Below, in pieces: positions 59,405 through 64,000 of a stretch of 64,000 nt of DNA. The position numbers and the translations under genes are program-made. Source of the DNA: Collinsella aerofaciens (lineage in GTDB: Bacteria > Actinomycetota > Coriobacteriia > Coriobacteriales > Coriobacteriaceae); NCBI GenBank assembly GCA_008668235.1, contig RQCP01000013.1, positions 60,463 through 124,462 of the forward strand, given 5' to 3'. Under the pieces are notes generated by a model. It was not told the origin of the DNA. It worked only from the letters and a program-made list of their open reading frames with translations, and made no database searches. Each line of letters starts with the position of its first letter. The first letter of the stretch is position 1.

Positions 59405-62089
59405 ATGCGACATGCGCATATCCATGTAACGGGCATTGTGCAGGGCGTCGGCATGCGGCCGTTTGTGTATCGCGAGGCCATGGCGCACGGCATTTGCGGC
59501 TGGGTGCTCAACGCGGGCGACGGCGTGCATATCGAGGCGCACGCTCCGGCCGATGCGCTCGATGCTTTTGTTGCCGCGCTTTCTGAGCATGCGCCTGCGG
59601 CAGCCCGCGTTGAGCGAGTCGATATTGCGGATTTGGGGCCTGGCGGCTGGAGCGCTGCCAATGAACAGGGTTTTCGCATTGTGGCGTCGCAGGACCAGAC
59701 CGCGCACACGACGCTCGTCTCGCCCGATATCGCCACCTGTGACGATTGCCTGCGCGAGTTGTTCGATCCCGCCGACCGACGCTATCACTACCCCTTTATC
59801 AACTGCACTAACTGCGGCCCACGCTTTACCATCATCCGATCGCTGCCTTATGACCGAGCGGCCACATCGATGGACCGTTTCCCCATGTGTCCCAAGTGCG
59901 CCGCGGAGTATGCCGACCCACTCGACCGGCGTTTTCACGCGCAGCCCGATGCCTGCTTTGATTGCGGGCCGCATATTACGTGGCGCGAGGCTGTGAACGG
60001 CGATGCGTGCGGGAATTCGTCCGCGACACCGACCGTCGGCACCACACGCGAGGCCAGCGACGCTATCATCGAGCGCTGCGTTGAGCTACTGGCCAGCGGT
60101 GGCATCGTCGCCATCAAGGGCCTGGGCGGATTCCATCTAGCCTGTGACGCTGCCAACGAGCAGGCGGTGGCCGAGCTGCGCCGTCGCAAGCGTCGCAGCA
60201 ATAAGCCGCTTGCCGTCATGGTGCGCAGTCTTGCCGATGCCGGGCGCCTGTGCCATATCGACGATGCTGAACGCGATCTGCTCGCCGGCAGCATCCGCCC
60301 CATTGTGCTGCTGCGCCGGCGGGCTGTTTGCGGGAACGACGGCGATTCTTCCGACGCCCTCGTACTCGCACCGTCCGTCGCGCGCGACCTGCCCGAGCTT
60401 GGCGTTATGCTCCCCTACACCCCGCTTCAGCATCTTCTGCTTGCAGCTGCCGCGTCACACGGTATGCACGCGCTCGTCATGACCAGCGGCAACCTGAGCG
60501 AAGAGCCCATCGAGACCGATGACGATCTTGCCTGGGAGCGCCTCGTTGCCGCCGGCATTGCCGACGCGCTGCTCGGCAACGATCGAGCGATTCTCTCGCG
60601 CTATGACGATTCCGTGGTGCGCGTGGTCGACGGCGCCGTTATGCCCGTTCGCCGCGTTCGTGGATATGCACCCCAGCCGCTGCCGTTGCCGGCGCTCGAC
60701 GGCGCTCCGTCCTGCGTACTCGCCTGCGGGCCGCAACAAAAGGCCACGATTACGCTCACGCGTGAAGGGACGAACGGCGAGGCGACCTGTTTTGTGTCGC
60801 AGCATATCGGCGATGTTGAAAACGGCGGGACCTTCGATGCCTGGAACGCCGCGCGCACGCGCTTGGAAGATCTCTTTGACTTGGCGCCCGCCGCCTTGGC
60901 CTGCGATTTACACCCCAGCTATCTATCGGGCCAGTGGGCGCGCGAGCAGGCGCGAAAATGCAATCTGCCGCTCGTCGAGGTGCAGCACCATCATGCGCAT
61001 ATCGCGAGCGTAATGGCCGAGGCCATCGCCGCGAGCCAGCTTACAACCGACGCGCGCGTCCTTGGCATCGCCTTTGACGGCACCGGCGCCGGCACCAATG
61101 GGACCATTTGGGGCGGCGAGTTTCTTGTTGCCAGCCTTGGCGGCTTTGAGCGCGCCGCGCATTTGCGCACCTGGGCGCTCCCCGGTGGGGCGGCCTCCGT
61201 GCGCGACGCCCGCCGCAACGCCTTCGCCCTGCTCAGTGAGCTCGGCCTGCTCGAGCACCCAGGTGCCGCTCGGCTTTTGGACAGCCTCGACGAGCAAACA
61301 CGCAGCGTGACAGCCACCATGATCGAGCGCGGCATCAACAGCCCGCGTACCAGCAGCATGGGGCGTCTCTTTGATGCCGCGACAGCGATTCTGGGTATCT
61401 GCGGCAAGGCAACCTACGAGGGCGAACCCGCCATAGAACTCGAAGCCGCCGCCTGGCGCGCGCTCGACGGCGAAATCGCCCATGTTCCCGACGATAAAGA
61501 CGGCCGTTCCGCATCTGACCCATTGCGGCTGGACAGTTTGTTCAGATTTGTATTAAATACAGACCCTCTAACCAACGGTTTTGGCTCAGATTACCCCGAA
61601 GAGGGCTCTCCAGGCGCCTCATTTGCGTCTAATTTGCCCGTCGGATACCACAAATCAACCCATTCGGGGACCTCGCAGACAATCTATGCCACCCATTGCT
61701 GCTCTAAAAAGTACAAATCTGAACTAACTGTCCAAGCAACCTCGAGCAGGCCTCTCGTCCTGGACCCCAGCTCACTTTTTAAGGCGCTTTTGGAGGGAAT
61801 CAGGGCCGGCGTGCCCGCCGACAAGCTCGCACTCGGCTTCCATGTCGCCGTTACGCGCTCTTCGGCACGAATCGCACGCGAAATCTGCACGCGCGAAGGC
61901 ATCGATACCGTCGCGCTCTCGGGCGGCGTGTTCATGAACCGACTTCTGCTTCAGCTCCTCGCCCGCGAGCTCAAAAGCGCAGGCCTTACCGTCCTTGTCC
62001 CCCACACCGTACCCGTCAATGACGGCTGCATCGCCTACGGTCAGGCGGCGGTCGCACGCACTCGCCTCGCACAGGTCGCGCCACAATAG
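59405..62089 (+). CDS. hypF: Carbamoyltransferase HypF (with in-frame insertion)
   Basis: GIVQGVGMRP, CTNCGPRF, FHAQPDAC, KGLGGFHL, QHHHAH, SGGVF, NDG. Confidence 0.95.
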   Translation: MRHAHIHVTGIVQGVGMRPFVYREAMAHGICGWVLNAGDGVHIEAHAPADALDAFVAALSEHAPAAARVERVDIADLGPGGWSAANEQGFRIVASQDQTAHTTLVSPDIATCDDCLRELFDPADRRYHYPFINCTNCGPRFTIIRSLPYDRAATSMDRFPMCPKCAAEYADPLDRRFHAQPDACFDCGPHITWREAVNGDACGNSSATPTVGTTREASDAIIERCVELLASGGIVAIKGLGGFHLACDAANEQAVAELRRRKRRSNKPLAVMVRSLADAGRLCHIDDAERDLLAGSIRPIVLLRRRAVCGNDGDSSDALVLAPSVARDLPELGVMLPYTPLQHLLLAAAASHGMHALVMTSGNLSEEPIETDDDLAWERLVAAGIADALLGNDRAILSRYDDSVVRVVDGAVMPVRRVRGYAPQPLPLPALDGAPSCVLACGPQQKATITLTREGTNGEATCFVSQHIGDVENGGTFDAWNAARTRLEDLFDLAPAALACDLHPSYLSGQWAREQARKCNLPLVEVQHHHAHIASVMAEAIAASQLTTDARVLGIAFDGTGAGTNGTIWGGEFLVASLGGFERAAHLRTWALPGGAASVRDARRNAFALLSELGLLEHPGAARLLDSLDEQTRSVTATMIERGINSPRTSSMGRLFDAATAILGICGKATYEGEPAIELEAAAWRALDGEIAHVPDDKDGRSASDPLRLDSLFRFVLNTDPLTNGFGSDYPEEGSPGASFASNLPVGYHKSTHSGTSQTIYATHCCSKKYKSELTVQATSSRPLVLDPSSLFKALLEGIRAGVPADKLALGFHVAVTRSSARIAREICTREGIDTVALSGGVFMNRLLLQLLARELKSAGLTVLVPHTVPVNDGCIAYGQAAVARTRLAQVAPQ
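61530..61734. mobile_element. 205-bp MITE-like element with 23-bp terminal inverted repeats inside hypF
   Basis: tggacagtttgttcagatttgta ... tacaaatctgaactaactgtcca (22/23 match), visibly AT-richer than flanks. Confidence 0.7.
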
Positions 62090-62220
62090 GCCGTTCGACC
62101 AGCCCGCAAGCCGCCGTCTCACAGGCGTAACGCGTTTGCCCGCGAACCCCGCGAGCGCTACCATCAATTGATGGATTATTAAGCGCCCATCCAGTGCAAA
62201 GCGTATAAAAGGGGAACAAT

Positions 62221-62481
62221 ATGTGCCTTGCCGTTCCCGGTAAAGTAGTCAAACGCGACGATGACCTCAAGGCCACCGTCGACATGATGGGCATCGAGCG
62301 CCCCGTGTCGCTGCGGCTCGTGCCGACGGCGCAGGTTGGCGACTATATCCTCGTACACGCCGGCTTTGGCATCCAGATCGTCGACGAGCAGGAAGCGCAA
62401 GAGACGCTCGAGCTGGTCAACGACATGACCGAACTGGTCGAAGAAGACCAGCTGGCCACCAACCCGGCGGAGGCTTACTAG
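62221..62481 (+). CDS. hypC: Hydrogenase chaperone HypC
   Basis: MCLAVPG, GDYILVHAG. Confidence 0.95.
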   Translation: MCLAVPGKVVKRDDDLKATVDMMGIERPVSLRLVPTAQVGDYILVHAGFGIQIVDEQEAQETLELVNDMTELVEEDQLATNPAEAY

Positions 62482-63593
62482 TGGCGGCCGGACAGCCGGC
62501 GCGCTCCGGTATCGACTTCTGGGCATTCCGCGATCCCAAGCTGGCTCGCGAGCTCATCGAGCGCATTCATGAGCTTGTCGGCGACCGCACCATCAACCTT
62601 ATGGAAGTCTGCGGCACGCATACCGTGAGCATCGGGCGCTATGGCTTTCGCTCCATTATGCCGGCCGGGCTCAAGCTGCTGAGCGGCCCGGGCTGCCCCG
62701 TCTGCGTCACCGCCAACCGCGACATCGACCACGCAATCGCGCTCGCCAACATAGACGGCGCCATCATCACCACCTTTGGCGACATGATGCGCGTGCCCGG
62801 ATCATCCACCTCGCTCGCTGCGCAAAAGGCGGCGGGGCGCGATATCCGCATCGTCTATTCCCCGCTCGACGCGCTCGACATTGCCGAGCAAAACCCTGAT
62901 CGCCCGGTCATTTTTATGGGCGTGGGCTTTGAGACTACGACGCCCACCATCGCCGCCGCCATCTTGGAGGCCGAGGCGCGCGGGCTTTTGAACTTCTCGG
63001 TCTATTGCGCCCACAAGACCACGCCGCCGGCGTTGCGCGCCATCGCCAACGACCCCGAGACCACCATCGACGGCTTTATCCTGCCGGGCCACGTCGCCAC
63101 CATCACGGGCTTGGCGCCCTTTAGCTTTTTGGTCGACGAATTCAATACCCCGGGCGTGGTCACGGGATTTGAACCGGTCGATATCCTGCAGGGTATCTGC
63201 ATGCTGGTCCAGATGGTTGTTGAGGGGCAACCCGCGATCGACAACGCCTACCGTCGCGGCGTCAATGCCGACGGCAATCCTGTGGCGCGCCAGCTGGTCG
63301 AGCAGGTGTTTGAGCCGTGCGATACCACATGGCGCGGGCTGGGGCTGATTGCCAACTCGGGCCTTTCCATCCGCCCCGAGTTCTCGCGCTTTGATGCCCG
63401 CGCTCGCTTTGACGTGCCCGTTGAGGCGACGGTCGAGCCGCGCGGGTGCCGCTGCGGCGACGTGCTGCGCGGGGCCATTGCGCCGAGCAGCTGCCCGCTC
63501 TTTGGCCGCACCTGCACGCCCGAGCACCCCGTCGGCCCGTGCATGGTGAGCTCCGAGGGCAGCTGCGCGGCGTACTACCGCTACCGCGACTAG
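62481..63593 (+). CDS. hypD: Hydrogenase formation protein HypD
   Basis: MEVCGTHT, SGPGCPVCVT, GFETT, PGHV, CMVSSEGSC. Confidence 0.96.
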   Translation: MAAGQPARSGIDFWAFRDPKLARELIERIHELVGDRTINLMEVCGTHTVSIGRYGFRSIMPAGLKLLSGPGCPVCVTANRDIDHAIALANIDGAIITTFGDMMRVPGSSTSLAAQKAAGRDIRIVYSPLDALDIAEQNPDRPVIFMGVGFETTTPTIAAAILEAEARGLLNFSVYCAHKTTPPALRAIANDPETTIDGFILPGHVATITGLAPFSFLVDEFNTPGVVTGFEPVDILQGICMLVQMVVEGQPAIDNAYRRGVNADGNPVARQLVEQVFEPCDTTWRGLGLIANSGLSIRPEFSRFDARARFDVPVEATVEPRGCRCGDVLRGAIAPSSCPLFGRTCTPEHPVGPCMVSSEGSCAAYYRYRD

Positions 63594-63641
63594 CCCGGGC
63601 ACACCCGCACACCGGCACCACCCACGATTGGAGTTTTCGAT

Positions 63642-64000
63642 ATGTCCCATAGCGTTACCGATAGCACCGTCCTGCTGGGCCACGGCTCCGGCGGCCAGAT
63701 GATGAAACGCATCATCGATGAGGTCTTTTTGGATGCCTTTGGGTCGCCCGAGCTGCTCGAAGGCAACGATGCCGGCGTCGCCGCGCTGCCCGCGAGCGGG
63801 CGCATCGCCATGTCGACCGACAGCTTTGTAGTCTCGCCGCAGTTCTTCCCCGGTGGCAACATCGGCCGCCTCGCCGTGTGCGGAACCGTCAACGACGTCG
63901 CGACCTCGGGCGCCAACGTGCGCTACCTGTCGTGCGGCTTTATCCTCGAAGAGGGCTATCCCATGGATAGGCTCCGCCAGATTGTGCAGACGATGGCCGA
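63642..64000 (+). CDS. hypE: Hydrogenase maturation protein HypE (5' part, runs off window)
   Basis: Manual translation MSHSVTDSTVLLGHGSGG..STDSFVVSPQFFPGGNIGRLAVCGTVNDVA. Confidence 0.93.
   Translation, partial: MSHSVTDSTVLLGHGSGGQMMKRIIDEVFLDAFGSPELLEGNDAGVAALPASGRIAMSTDSFVVSPQFFPGGNIGRLAVCGTVNDVATSGANVRYLSCGFILEEGYPMDRLRQIVQTMA

Overview
High-GC actinobacterial chromosome segment. Gene content and codon style suggest Coriobacteriia (Collinsella-like); this is an inference. Left to right: (1) Ser/Thr signalling and cell-wall cluster (membrane kinase, two FHA proteins, PP2C phosphatase, fused RodA-PBP, PASTA kinase PknB). (2) A ~13.4 kb integrative mobilizable element (IME) in the 3' end of tRNA-Arg(CCT), bounded by 47-bp direct repeats. 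It carries a tyrosine integrase, xis-like and HTH genes, relaxase+MobC+oriT, three translationally coupled metallophosphoesterases, an unannotated type I toxin-antitoxin-like module, a lipoprotein, a large sortase-anchored coiled-coil/CAP protein resembling surface-exclusion proteins, an XRE regulator and iteron-like repeats. (3) Mannose-family PTS. (4) hypA, a large flavin/Fe-S oxidoreductase, TetR and a DUF5692-like membrane gene. (5) An inserted AAA/DUF4143-like ATPase. (6) clpB. (7) A repeat-punctuated cassette of three small membrane-anchored genes. (8) Aconitase-like hydratase, dnaK-grpE-dnaJ-hspR, ferredoxin, nadA-nadB-nadC-niaR, LytTR/GHKL two-component pair, thioredoxin, nikR-hypF-hypC-hypD-hypE (partial). 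hypF contains a 205-bp element with terminal inverted repeats that is read through in frame. All calls come from reading motifs by eye; no database searches were run.
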